A program made the translations under genes and the position numbers. Below are positions 1 to 11,097 of a stretch of DNA of 64,000 nucleotides, piece after piece (within the stretch, counting starts at the first letter, position 1; each line of letters opens with the position of its first letter). The DNA comes from Candidatus Latescibacterota bacterium. Its GTDB lineage: Bacteria; Latescibacterota; UBA2968; UBA8231. The stretch covers positions 1,056,001 through 1,120,000 of the forward strand of contig OZ220089.1 of NCBI GenBank assembly GCA_964291625.2, written 5' to 3'. The notes under the pieces were generated by a model. That model did not search any database. It was not told where the DNA came from and saw only the letters and a list, made by a program, of their open reading frames with translations.

Positions 1-547
1 TGATCATGCTGCGGGCGCGGTCGTTGGTCTTGGGGCCGGCCTTGTGCCAGATGCCGTAGCGGGTCATGGCCACGGTGCCGGCAGGCACGGTCAGGGAGAC
101 CTGGCCGCGGATGTCTCCGTAGTGGGCGATCGCCTCGCGGTCGACGGCGCGGCAATGGGAGCCCGGCAGGACCATGGTCGGGCCGTCGTCGAGGGCGACG
201 CTGTGGGGGTAGTAGTAGCACTGCAGCTCGAAGACATCGTAGCCGCTGCCGGAGAGCCCGTCCGAATGCCAGGTCTGGCCGAGGTGCGGCTCCTTGAAGA
301 AGTGGTGGTGGCCGCCGCGGGGCACGAGGAAGTCCTCGCCCAGAAGGGAGCGCGCGACGCCGGCGACCTCGGGATGGAGGAGCACCTGCCGGGTGAACTC
401 CTCCGAGGCGATGAAGGCGTCGCAGTTGCCGGGGGCGAGATCGTCGCAGCGGCGGTTGAAGCTCTCGTCGATGACGCCTTCGAGGACGACCACACCCGAG
501 GCGACGAAGTCCATGACGCCGTCGTCGTTCAGGGTCGGTTCAATCAT
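1..547 (-). CDS. Phytanoyl-CoA dioxygenase (PhyH)-family Fe(II)/2OG dioxygenase, 3' end outside window
   Basis: Manual translation from ATG 547: MIEPTLNDDGVMDFVASGVVVLEGVI...QTWHSDG (HxD)...GPTMVLPGSH...YGIWHKAG (distal His). Not in the ORF track because it is truncated. Confidence 0.8.
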   Translation of the reverse strand, partial: MIEPTLNDDGVMDFVASGVVVLEGVIDESFNRRCDDLAPGNCDAFIASEEFTRQVLLHPEVAGVARSLLGEDFLVPRGGHHHFFKEPHLGQTWHSDGLSGSGYDVFELQCYYYPHSVALDDGPTMVLPGSHCRAVDREAIAHYGDIRGQVSLTVPAGTVAMTRYGIWHKAGPKTNDRARSMI

Positions 548-920
548 GAGGACTGTTCTCCTGAACGAGCTTTTCGAGGACGAACTCGTAGCCGAGGTAG
601 TCGTTGTCCTGACCCTCGTAGGCGTAGAGCTTGGCCATGGGGAACTGCACCACCCGCCAGCCATCGGCCACGGCGGCGAGGACCGATTCATAGGGCGGCT
701 CGTCCCTGGGCAGGGTCGGCCCCTGGGGCCGCGTGGCGTCGTACAGGGCCCAGCTGGCCAGTTGCGAACGCATGTTGGTCGACTTGGAGTAGAGGTAGAG
801 TATCTGCTGCCGGGGTTCGCCGAGCAGCTCGTCGAGACGGTCCAGGTCCTCGGCGGTGATCGCCCCGGTGCGGAGCTTGTCCCGGCACCGGGCCGACCAC
901 TCTCTTGCAGCTTCGTGCAT
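540..920 (-). CDS. Hypothetical protein (126 aa) overlapping the PhyH gene start
   Basis: C-terminal part of ORF 540..2078 from ATG 920 (MHEAAREW...PYESVLAAVADGWRVVQFP...LGYEFVLEKL); upstream GGGGAG RBS; 8-bp overlap with PhyH gene. Confidence 0.7.
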   Translation of the reverse strand: MHEAAREWSARCRDKLRTGAITAEDLDRLDELLGEPRQQILYLYSKSTNMRSQLASWALYDATRPQGPTLPRDEPPYESVLAAVADGWRVVQFPMAKLYAYEGQDNDYLGYEFVLEKLVQENSPHD

Positions 921-995
921 GTCAGGCTCCCCTGTCTGGCATGAGAGAGAAAGGAAACCGCCCTTGCTCGAGGCGGTCAACAGGAGGCGGGAGGC

Positions 996-2117
996 ATGGA
1001 GAACGTCAGGATCGAACGAATCGAATGGGCCCGCCTCACCGGCGAACGCCCCCGGAAAGCGGGCTGCAATTCCCGGCTCGGAGAGCACGGAGTCCACGTC
1101 CGTCCCGCCATCGCCCGCCTGACGACGGCGGACGGCGCCAGCGGCTTCGGCGCTTCGTGGATCTCGCGCGGGGAAGCCGCGTCCATCGTCGGGTTTCGGC
1201 TCAGCGATGCCTTCGCCGCCAGCGGCGTCGCCGAAGAGTTCAGAGTGCTGGAGTACCCCCTGTGGGATCTGGTGGGGCAACTGGCGCAGAGACCGGTGTA
1301 CGAAATGCTCTCCGGCGAGAAGGACGACTTCCGCGTTCCCTGTTACGATACGTCCCTCTACATCGATGACCTGCACCTCGAGGAGAATGCCGAGGCGGCG
1401 GCGCTCATCGCTTCCGAGGCCCTGGAGGGGAAGGCCCGGGGACACGGGGCCTTCAAGATCAAGGTCGGGCGCGGAGCCGTGCACATGCCCCTCGACGCGG
1501 GGACGCAGCGGGACATCGACGTCGTCCACACCGTGCGCCAGGCCGTCGGCCCGGATGCCGCGATCCTGCTGGATGCGAACAACGGCTACAACCTCAACCT
1601 CACAAAGCGGGTACTGGGCGCGACGGCCGGGGCGAGGGTCTACTGGATGGAGGAGGCCTTCCACGAAGATGCCCGTCTCTATGGGCTGCTGAAAGAGTGG
1701 CTGCACGCCGAAGGCCTGGAGACCCGCATCGCCGACGGGGAAGGGGACGCCTCCCCGAACCTCCTCGGTTGGGCGCGGGACGGGCTCGTCGACATCCTCC
1801 AGTACGACATCTTCCACCCCGGCTTCTCGCGCTGGCTCGAACTCGGTCCCGAGCTGGATGCATCCGGCGTCGGCACGGCGCCCCATCACTACGGCGGCCA
1901 CTACGGGAACTACGTCTCCTGCCACCTGGCGGCGAGGGTGGAGCGCTTCGAGTTCGTCGAGTGGGATCACGCCACGACCCCGGGCCTGGACGATTCCGGG
2001 TATTCCATCGCCGACGGCCTCGTGAGGGTCCCGCGCAAGGCCGGCTTCGGCCTGGACCTGGAGGAAGAGCCTTTCCACAGGGCCCTCGCCGAGAACGGAT
2101 TCGAGGTTCGCCTGTGA
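996..2117 (+). CDS. Mandelate racemase/muconate lactonizing (enolase superfamily) enzyme, probable sugar-acid dehydratase
   Basis: KIK motif (FKIKVGRG), metal ligands LDANN, WMEE, ADGE, and PHH; GGAGG RBS. Confidence 0.85.
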   Translation: MENVRIERIEWARLTGERPRKAGCNSRLGEHGVHVRPAIARLTTADGASGFGASWISRGEAASIVGFRLSDAFAASGVAEEFRVLEYPLWDLVGQLAQRPVYEMLSGEKDDFRVPCYDTSLYIDDLHLEENAEAAALIASEALEGKARGHGAFKIKVGRGAVHMPLDAGTQRDIDVVHTVRQAVGPDAAILLDANNGYNLNLTKRVLGATAGARVYWMEEAFHEDARLYGLLKEWLHAEGLETRIADGEGDASPNLLGWARDGLVDILQYDIFHPGFSRWLELGPELDASGVGTAPHHYGGHYGNYVSCHLAARVERFEFVEWDHATTPGLDDSGYSIADGLVRVPRKAGFGLDLEEEPFHRALAENGFEVRL

Positions 2118-3487
2118 CCACCGAAGGCGCGAGGCCCACCCACAAGTCCCGGCGCATCTGGTTCTGCCAGACGGAGTACGTGGCCCGCCATCCCGAGTCC
2201 CTGCAGAGACTCAAGGACGCCGTCGGTCTGACGACGATCATGCCCGAGAGCCCGGTCTGCCATACCTCGGGCTTCAGCCTCTCGGAGGAGCTGGCCCGGC
2301 GGGGTCCCTTCGAGGACTGGCGCCGGCGTCTCGATGCCTGGCCCCGCGGCGCCGAAGGTGTCTACCCGCCCGTGGCGGGAATCGTCAGCGGCTTCGACGA
2401 TGCACCCCTGCTGCGCGTCATCGAAGCGTGCAAGAGCGCGGGGATCGAGGTGTGGGGCCACATCGGCCTGTGGAGCTACGGCGGCGACGTCTATCCCGAG
2501 TTCGCCCTGCGCGACCTGGAGGGACGGCCGCTGGACCGCCGCTACCAGCAGTGGGGCATCGGCCTGTGCCCGAGCCGCGGGGAGGTCAACGAGTGGACGC
2601 GGGACTGCCTGGTGGAGGCGGTGCGGCGCTACGCCGTCGACGGCTTCGACGTGGACCACGCCCGCTATCCGGCCCCGGCCAACGTGCACAGCCTGATGGC
2701 CTGCGGCTGCCCCGCCTGCCAGGACGAAGCCGCCCGCCTGGGCTACGACTTCGCCGCCATGCGCCGCGGCGTCCTGGCCTTGCGCCGGCGCCTGGAGCGA
2801 TTGACCCCGGCCGACGTGCGGGCCCTGGCCGAGGCCCGTCCGGGTTTCATGGACTCTCTGGGCATCCTGGCCCAGGATGGCGCGGTCCTCCACTGGGTGA
2901 GGTTCAGGGCCCACATCCTGGCGGAGCGCATGGCCGAGTTCCGAGGGGCGGTACAGCAGGCCGGTGGCCGCGACAAGCTCTTCGGCAGCGACGTCTTCCC
3001 TCCGTCCACGGCGCTGCTGGGCGGCCACTGGTACAACAAATGGGAAGAAGCGACGGATTTCCTCACCGGGGGCAGTTCCCACGGAGGTGTGGTGGGATGG
3101 GCGACGGGCGTGACCAACCTGGCGCGGGAGTGGACCGCGGCCCTGTGCCGGCACGCCCCGGGGCTGGACGAACGCGAGGTGTTGGCCCTGCTGTGGCACA
3201 TGTTCGGGGTGGAGGACCTCGACCAGCCGGAGACCGCGGCAGCGGTGGCGGCAGGGCCTCTGCCGATCGCCGCGCTCTACGAGCGGGAGGTGGCCCGCCT
3301 GAAGGCGCAGACCAGCGGCGCGGTGCCGCTCTATCCGCCGCTGTCAGCGGGAGCGGCGCCTGAACTGGTGCGGTCTCTGGGGGCGGCTGTCGCCCGCCAC
3401 GGGTGCGACGGGTGCCTGTTCACGGTGAACGCCGAAGACGCGGGGCAGGTCCGGGTGCTGGGCGAGGCTCTGGCGGGGGTGGGGTGA
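2114..3487 (+). CDS. Glycoside hydrolase-like TIM-barrel protein (GHL10/DUF187-like)
   Basis: GTG 2114 overlaps upstream TGA (GTGA); motifs GIEVWGH, LCPSR, YAVDGFDVDHARYP, CGCPAC resemble GHL10-type proteins. Confidence 0.6.
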   Translation: MTTEGARPTHKSRRIWFCQTEYVARHPESLQRLKDAVGLTTIMPESPVCHTSGFSLSEELARRGPFEDWRRRLDAWPRGAEGVYPPVAGIVSGFDDAPLLRVIEACKSAGIEVWGHIGLWSYGGDVYPEFALRDLEGRPLDRRYQQWGIGLCPSRGEVNEWTRDCLVEAVRRYAVDGFDVDHARYPAPANVHSLMACGCPACQDEAARLGYDFAAMRRGVLALRRRLERLTPADVRALAEARPGFMDSLGILAQDGAVLHWVRFRAHILAERMAEFRGAVQQAGGRDKLFGSDVFPPSTALLGGHWYNKWEEATDFLTGGSSHGGVVGWATGVTNLAREWTAALCRHAPGLDEREVLALLWHMFGVEDLDQPETAAAVAAGPLPIAALYEREVARLKAQTSGAVPLYPPLSAGAAPELVRSLGAAVARHGCDGCLFTVNAEDAGQVRVLGEALAGVG

Positions 3488-3564
3488 CTTGCAGTTTTGC
3501 GGTTCTTGGGACTTCTCTCGTTTTGTTACTTGCGAATATCCCGACCCGATAGCTGACGATCCGG

Positions 3565-4029
3565 CTACTCCGGCTGCAGCCGTGCCAGGAATCGCTCGAA
3601 GTCCCGGTCGAAACCGCCCCGGACTCGCGCCGCCCTGGCAGCCAGATCCGCCACCCTCCCGGGGTCCAGGTCCGCCGTGTACGGGTGGCGAAAGAAGTGG
3701 CGGAACCGGCGTAACTCGTCCAGGCCGGAGGCGGTCTCCGCGGACAGCAGCGCCGGGCGGATGCCCTCGATCTCCAGCTGCATTCGCCTGAGCGGATCCG
3801 CGTGATGGCCGCCTTCGTCGACGCGGCTCTCGAAGAACCGCGCCGTCTCCTGGAACAACTGCTCGAAGGCGCCGTAGAGGTTGTGGAGCTGATAGCCCAT
3901 GCTGTCCACCCCTTCAGCGCTTCGGGCAAACGTCCCCAGTCGCGACTGGATGCGATCGCCGAGGCGGGCGATGTCCCGGGAGCGCGACCGCAAGCCCGCT
4001 TCGAGGACCGCCAGGGCTTCCCTATCCAT
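3565..4029 (-). CDS. HEPN-domain (HepT-like) RNase toxin
   Basis: 154 aa with LHNLYGAFE and RX4HXY-type motif RFRHFFRHPY; overlaps upstream MNT gene. Confidence 0.8.
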   Translation of the reverse strand: MDREALAVLEAGLRSRSRDIARLGDRIQSRLGTFARSAEGVDSMGYQLHNLYGAFEQLFQETARFFESRVDEGGHHADPLRRMQLEIEGIRPALLSAETASGLDELRRFRHFFRHPYTADLDPGRVADLAARAARVRGGFDRDFERFLARLQPE

Positions 4030-4375
4030 ACACCTTGACTCCAGCCTGAGTGAAGGACTCGGCAGAAGGGTGTCGGTCGAGGTCGATCACATCCACCGCT
4101 CTGCCCGTAGCCTCCTCCAGGGCTTTCATCACCTCGAGGACCACGGGCGAGCATCCTCCCACGGCCACGTCTACGTCGGACGACTCCTTCCAGCAGTCGG
4201 GTGAACGCAGCGACCCCACTATGTACGCGGACTCGATAGCGAGCGGTTCCCGCAGTTCCTGCAGGGTGCGGCTGACACGGTCGAGCAGCTCGGCCTGCTC
4301 TGCCGCCAGCCGCTGCCGCCGCTCTCTCAGGGCTTTGTCGAGGGTGTTGGTGTGGAACATGGCGATGTGGCTCAC
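4022..4375 (-). CDS. Minimal nucleotidyltransferase (MntA-like antitoxin)
   Basis: GS-x(10)-DVD motif (VGSLRSPDCWKESSDVDVAV) and VDVIDLD; paired with HEPN gene. Confidence 0.8.
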   Translation of the reverse strand: MSHIAMFHTNTLDKALRERRQRLAAEQAELLDRVSRTLQELREPLAIESAYIVGSLRSPDCWKESSDVDVAVGGCSPVVLEVMKALEEATGRAVDVIDLDRHPSAESFTQAGVKVYG

Positions 4376-4471
4376 CTGAAGGGAAGTACACCCCCCGGGG
4401 AAACTCGATCAAGGCTTCGGCGCCGGGGGGGCCACCGCATGACCGGACGGCGGGCTGCACCTTGGCGCTGA

Positions 4472-6526
<2,055 letters not shown>

Positions 6527-6754
6527 AGCCGGGATCGCCCCCCGGACCGTCTCAGGTCCTCCAGCGCCCCGGCGTCTGAGGGCGGAGCTCAGGGCTCAGC
6601 GTCGCGGACCTCCGAAACCCTCAGCGCCCCCATTCCGCCAACAGAACCAGCAGATTTCAGGCGAACCCGGCAGCCCACACAACGACGCCGCCATCGCCGC
6701 AGCCGGCAAGCCGCCAGATCCACACTGAGCAGACCTCGCCCCGGCGGGTCCCCT

Positions 6755-8092
6755 TCAGGCCCCGTCCGTCCCCAGCTGCGCCACCAGGTCGAAGGTGACG
6801 TCCACGGCGAACCCCACGTTCGCCACCGAGACGCGCTCGTCGTGGCCGTGGCAGAGCTCGAAGAAGTCGCAGCCGGGCTCGTGGCGCATGGGCACGAAGC
6901 CGTACACGGTGATGTCGAGGTCGGTGAGGAAGCGGGCGTCGGTGCCGCCGGTCTGCATGTAGGGAGCCAGCACCGCCCCCGGCTCGTGGCGCGCCAGGGC
7001 CGCCTTCATGGCCCCGAGCAGCGGCGATCCGTGATCGAAGGCCACACCCGGCCGGAACCTCTCCATCTCCAGGTCCACGCCATCCCCCGCCAGGGCCCGC
7101 ACCTCGGCGGTGAATTCCGCCTCTGCCACCCCGGGCAGGGGCCGGCCGCTGAGACGCACGGCCGCCTCTGAAGGGATGACGTTGCGCTTCACTCCCGCCT
7201 CGAGCAGGGTCGGGGCGCAGGTGTTGCGCAGCATGGCGTCGAACATGCCCCGGACGGGCGGCTCCACGGGCAGGGCCTGCAGGGCCTCCTCGGCCCGCGC
7301 CGGGTCGAGCAGATCCAGTAGCAGCCGGCCCACCTCGGGCCCCACGGCGCGCGCCGCCGCCTCGAAGAAGGCGGCCACCGCCGGGGTGACGCGGTGGGGC
7401 AGCTTGCCGCCGAGACGGGTCTGGGCGCCGCCGAGGTGCACGATGGGGTTGTCGTCGTGGGGCACCGAGCTGTGGCCGGGGCGCCCGCGGGCGATCAGGT
7501 CCACGTCGGCCCCCCCCTTCTCGGCCACCTGGCAGGTGTAGATCGGCTGGCCGTCGACGAGCACGGCGAAGCCGCCGGCCTCGTTGACCCCGTACTCGGC
7601 GTCCAGCCACTCGGGGTGGTTGGCGGCGATCCAGCCCATCCCGTGGACGCCCCCGCGCTCCTCGTCGGCGGCGGCGATGACCACCACGTCGCGCTTCAGG
7701 GGCAGCTTGCGCCGGTGGCACATGAGCAGGGCCTGCAGGTGCACGGCGGCGGTCAGCTTGGAGTCGATGGATCCGCGGCCGTAGAGCACGCCGCCGGCGA
7801 TCTCTCCGCCGAAGGGCGGGTGACTCCAGCGCTCCGGCTCGGCGGGCACCACGTCGAGGTGCGACATCAGCAGCAGGGGGCGCTCGGAGCCGTCGCCCCG
7901 CAGGCGCACGGCGAGGCTGGCGCGCTCGGGCGCGGCCTCCAGGACCCGGGGCTCGAGCCCCTCGGCGGCCAGCTCGGCGGCCAGGTGGCGCACCAGGGGC
8001 AGCTCGTTCCCGGGCGGGTTGGTGGTGTCGAAGCGCAGCATCTCCTGCAGGCGGGCGACGGCTTCGGCGCCGGGCGTCAGGGGGGCCGTCAT
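6755..8092 (-). CDS. M20/M25/M40 metallo-amidohydrolase (ArgE/DapE-like)
   Basis: From ATG 8092: DTTNPPGNE, SHLDVVPA, RGSIDSK, ADEERGG, NEAGG, GGTDAR, HGHDE; metal ligands intact; ATGA overlap with upstream gene. Confidence 0.9.
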   Translation of the reverse strand: MTAPLTPGAEAVARLQEMLRFDTTNPPGNELPLVRHLAAELAAEGLEPRVLEAAPERASLAVRLRGDGSERPLLLMSHLDVVPAEPERWSHPPFGGEIAGGVLYGRGSIDSKLTAAVHLQALLMCHRRKLPLKRDVVVIAAADEERGGVHGMGWIAANHPEWLDAEYGVNEAGGFAVLVDGQPIYTCQVAEKGGADVDLIARGRPGHSSVPHDDNPIVHLGGAQTRLGGKLPHRVTPAVAAFFEAAARAVGPEVGRLLLDLLDPARAEEALQALPVEPPVRGMFDAMLRNTCAPTLLEAGVKRNVIPSEAAVRLSGRPLPGVAEAEFTAEVRALAGDGVDLEMERFRPGVAFDHGSPLLGAMKAALARHEPGAVLAPYMQTGGTDARFLTDLDITVYGFVPMRHEPGCDFFELCHGHDERVSVANVGFAVDVTFDLVAQLGTDGA

Positions 8093-9549
8093 CGCAGACT
8101 CTCGAAGCGCCAGTCCTCGAGGGGGACCATGGCGCCCGGATCGAAGGCGCTCCCGGCGCCGAGGCCGGGGCAGCGCTGCAGGGAGCGCACGTCGATGGCT
8201 CCGCCGGCGACGTGGAGGAACCCGCTCCCCTCGGAGCGCCGGTAGAGGCCCTCGTGCTCGCGCAGGACCGTCTCCCGCTCCGGCGGCGACAGGTGGTCGA
8301 GGCCGCGCACGTAGTGGTGGCCGTTGCGCTCGGCGTGGTCCAGCCCCAGGGCGGCCACGTGGGCCAGGTCCTGGTGCAGGGGGACGACGGGAAGGTTCAT
8401 CAGGTCCTCGGCGGTGATGAGGAAGGGGACGCCCCGCTCGCCGCTCAACCGGCGGGCGAGGGCGGCGTTGGCCAGGGCCTTGAACAGCCCCTTGCAGTTC
8501 TTGGTGCTGACGCCGCGGTAGCCCAGCTCCGCGGCGCTCTCGAAGGAGTCGAGGTCGCCGTCGCTCTCGTCGATGATCATCGGCTTGCGGGCCGACACCG
8601 AGGCGATTCCCGCCGCCTGCTCCTCGTCGAGGGCGACGCTCCGCTCCAGGGGCTGCTCCACGTAGGCGATGGCGTCGTCGAAGGCGGGCAGGTCCCGCTC
8701 GATGTGCGCCAGCAGCGCCACGAAGCCGTCGAGCTCCGCGTACTGCTCGTTGCCGTCGAGGGAGAGCGCGTAGCGGCCGGCGGCCGGTCCCTCGTCGAGG
8801 AGATCCGCGATGGCGGTGAGCCGCTCGAGGTCGGCCTCGTGGTCGCCGCTGACCTTGACCTTGAGCCAGCGGATCCCCTGGACGGCCAGATAGGCCTCCA
8901 GCGACTGGGGGAGCCCGTCGTCGAGCTTCTCTCCGGCCGGCACGTCGGCGTCGCGGATCGGGTCGGCCAGCCCCACGGTGTGGCGCACGGCGATGCTCTC
9001 CGAGGGGCGCGGCGCAACCGCCGCCGACGGCGGGGTGCCTGCGAGGACGGGCAGGACCGCCCCGAGGTCGAGGCCGAGGGGGTTGGCGGGATCGGTGAGC
9101 AGCTGGTGGTAGCTCCGGCCCGCGGCCCTTCCGACGGCGTCGATGAGGGCGCGCTCCATGAGGGTGCTGCCGTGGGACGCCGTGAGATGGTCGAGGCCCC
9201 GCCGGTCGCCGGCCCGCAGCGACTCGCCGTAACCGTCGCGCCAGATGTCGAAGACCGGGCGCGGCTCCCGCGAGGCCTCGGCAAAGGCCCGCGCCGCCTG
9301 GCGGGCGGCGAAGAGCAGGTCGTCCACGTTCTCCTCGTAGCTCTTGGCCGGATCCTTGTCGAACCACTTCGGCGGCAGGATGTCGGCCGCCAGGCCCTCG
9401 GCCCTGGAGCCGCCGGCCAGCTCCACTTGCGCCCTCACGTGCAGGATCGGCACGCTCGTCAGGGTGGCCACGCCGTAGCGGAAAGGCATGCGGGTGCGCA
9501 CGTTGCGCATGGTGAAGCCGACCTCGCGGAGGCACAGCCGCTCAGGCAT
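8089..9549 (-). CDS. Enolase-superfamily protein (racemase/epimerase/dehydratase-like)
   Basis: LKVKV (KxK), LDGNE, VEQP, IDES, KNCK; N-terminal RMPFRYG capping segment. Confidence 0.8.
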   Translation of the reverse strand: MPERLCLREVGFTMRNVRTRMPFRYGVATLTSVPILHVRAQVELAGGSRAEGLAADILPPKWFDKDPAKSYEENVDDLLFAARQAARAFAEASREPRPVFDIWRDGYGESLRAGDRRGLDHLTASHGSTLMERALIDAVGRAAGRSYHQLLTDPANPLGLDLGAVLPVLAGTPPSAAVAPRPSESIAVRHTVGLADPIRDADVPAGEKLDDGLPQSLEAYLAVQGIRWLKVKVSGDHEADLERLTAIADLLDEGPAAGRYALSLDGNEQYAELDGFVALLAHIERDLPAFDDAIAYVEQPLERSVALDEEQAAGIASVSARKPMIIDESDGDLDSFESAAELGYRGVSTKNCKGLFKALANAALARRLSGERGVPFLITAEDLMNLPVVPLHQDLAHVAALGLDHAERNGHHYVRGLDHLSPPERETVLREHEGLYRRSEGSGFLHVAGGAIDVRSLQRCPGLGAGSAFDPGAMVPLEDWRFESLR

Positions 9550-11095
9550 GGGTCAGGGCCTCTCCGGCGGCCTCCGGCTGCCAGTCGTCCAGGGCCGTCC
9601 ACCTGGATGAGTCGATGGGGAAGCCGATCCCCAGGCCGGGCGCCCGGTTCAGGCTGGCCGCGTCCAGATGGCCCCGGTGAATCGCCAGGGGGGCTCGGCC
9701 TTCCGCCAGCTCCTCGTAGAGGGCGCCGTGGCTCCGGGCGCAGGTCTCCCTCTCGGCCGGGGAGAGGTGGGCGAGTCCCGGGCCGTGCCAGGCTCCCCTG
9801 CACTCCACGGGATCGACTCCGAGGGCCGCCATCTGCGCCAGGTGCTGGTGCAGGCCGGTCACGGCCAGGCTCAGCAGCTCCGCCCCCGACAGCCGGCCCG
9901 AGCCCTGCCCGCCGCCGTCCCAGAGACTGCACAGGGCCTGGTTGGCCAGCGCCTTCGTCAGGCCGGTGCCGATGCGGCACGTGGTGCCCGCGTATCCCAG
10001 GCCGGCGGCGCGCTTGAAGGCGCCGAGGGTCTGGTTCGACTCGTCGATGAAGACCGGCTTGCGGGCGCCCAGGGCGGCCACCTCCCGGCCCAGGGCGGGG
10101 CCCAGGGCCTCGGCCCTCGGGAAGGGCTGCTCCACCCAGGCGGTGGCCGCGTACAGCCGGCGCCCCGCCTCCGGCCCGGACTCGAGCCGGTCGAGGAGGA
10201 TGTGCAGGTCCGCCGGATCGGCGAAGGCCTCGCTGCCGTCGAGCACCACGCAGAGGTCGTCCACGTCGGCCAGGACCTCGGCGATGCGCTCGAGGCGATC
10301 CCCGTCGGATGCGGGGCGGCCCTCGAGCTCGATGCGGAAGTGGCGCAGCCCCTGCCGGCGGACAGCGGCCTCCAGCGCCTCCGGTGCGGCGGTGTCGGCG
10401 CCATCCCCCGCGGGCGGGTCCGCCTCTCGCAGGGTATCGCCGGCGCCGACGGTGTGGCGCCTCTGGAGGCGGCCGGCCGGACGCGGCGGCAGGACATCCC
10501 CCTGAGGCAGGTCGGCCTCGCGCAGGATATCGCCGGGGCCGACGGTGTGGCGCACCTGCAGCCGGCCCGCCGGCCGCGGGGGCAGGACATCCGCCGGGGC
10601 CGCGCCGGCGAGCTCGGGATGGACGTCTCCCAGCTCGATCCCGCCCAGGTTGCGGCGCAGCAGTTCGTGGTACGGCAGGTCCAGGGCCCGGCCGAGCCCG
10701 TCGAAGAGGGCGCGCTCCAGGAGGGCGGCCCCGTGGCCGGCGGCCATGGGGCTCATGCCGCGGTCGCCGCCCAGGGCCACGGCGGCCTCGTAGGCGTCGC
10801 GCCAGATGCGGTAGACCGGGCGCGGCACTCGCGCCGAGGCCACGGCCACGTCGACGGCGGTGCGCGCCCCGGCGGCCAGGGCGCGGGATCCGGTCGGCAG
10901 GAGGGGGTCGAACCAGGCCGGCGCCAGCACGTCGGCGGCCACCCCCCGGGCGCGGCGGCCGTCGGCGGTCCGCAGCTCCAGGGCGAGGTGAAGCTCGTCC
11001 AGCCTGTCCCTGTCGACGCCGCCGAGACGCACGGGACAGCGGACCGGCCGGCTGCGCACCGAGAGCGCGGCCTCGTGAAGGCTGACCGGTACCAT
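9542..11095 (-). CDS. Degenerate enolase-superfamily paralogue with internal 31-aa duplication
   Basis: From ATG 11095 (MVPVSLHEAAL...); colinear with 8089..9549 (ADVLAPAWFD, LLERALFD, RHTVG, VEQPF, IDESN) but KxK is replaced by RIE. Confidence 0.75.
   Translation of the reverse strand: MVPVSLHEAALSVRSRPVRCPVRLGGVDRDRLDELHLALELRTADGRRARGVAADVLAPAWFDPLLPTGSRALAAGARTAVDVAVASARVPRPVYRIWRDAYEAAVALGGDRGMSPMAAGHGAALLERALFDGLGRALDLPYHELLRRNLGGIELGDVHPELAGAAPADVLPPRPAGRLQVRHTVGPGDILREADLPQGDVLPPRPAGRLQRRHTVGAGDTLREADPPAGDGADTAAPEALEAAVRRQGLRHFRIELEGRPASDGDRLERIAEVLADVDDLCVVLDGSEAFADPADLHILLDRLESGPEAGRRLYAATAWVEQPFPRAEALGPALGREVAALGARKPVFIDESNQTLGAFKRAAGLGYAGTTCRIGTGLTKALANQALCSLWDGGGQGSGRLSGAELLSLAVTGLHQHLAQMAALGVDPVECRGAWHGPGLAHLSPAERETCARSHGALYEELAEGRAPLAIHRGHLDAASLNRAPGLGIGFPIDSSRWTALDDWQPEAAGEALTHA
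10418..10592 (-). repeat. In-frame 93-bp tandem duplication (2 imperfect copies)
   Basis: cggtgtggcgc at 10450 and 10543; DVLPPRPAGRLQxRHTVGxGDxLREAD occurs twice. Confidence 0.9.
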
Positions 11096-11097
11096 CC

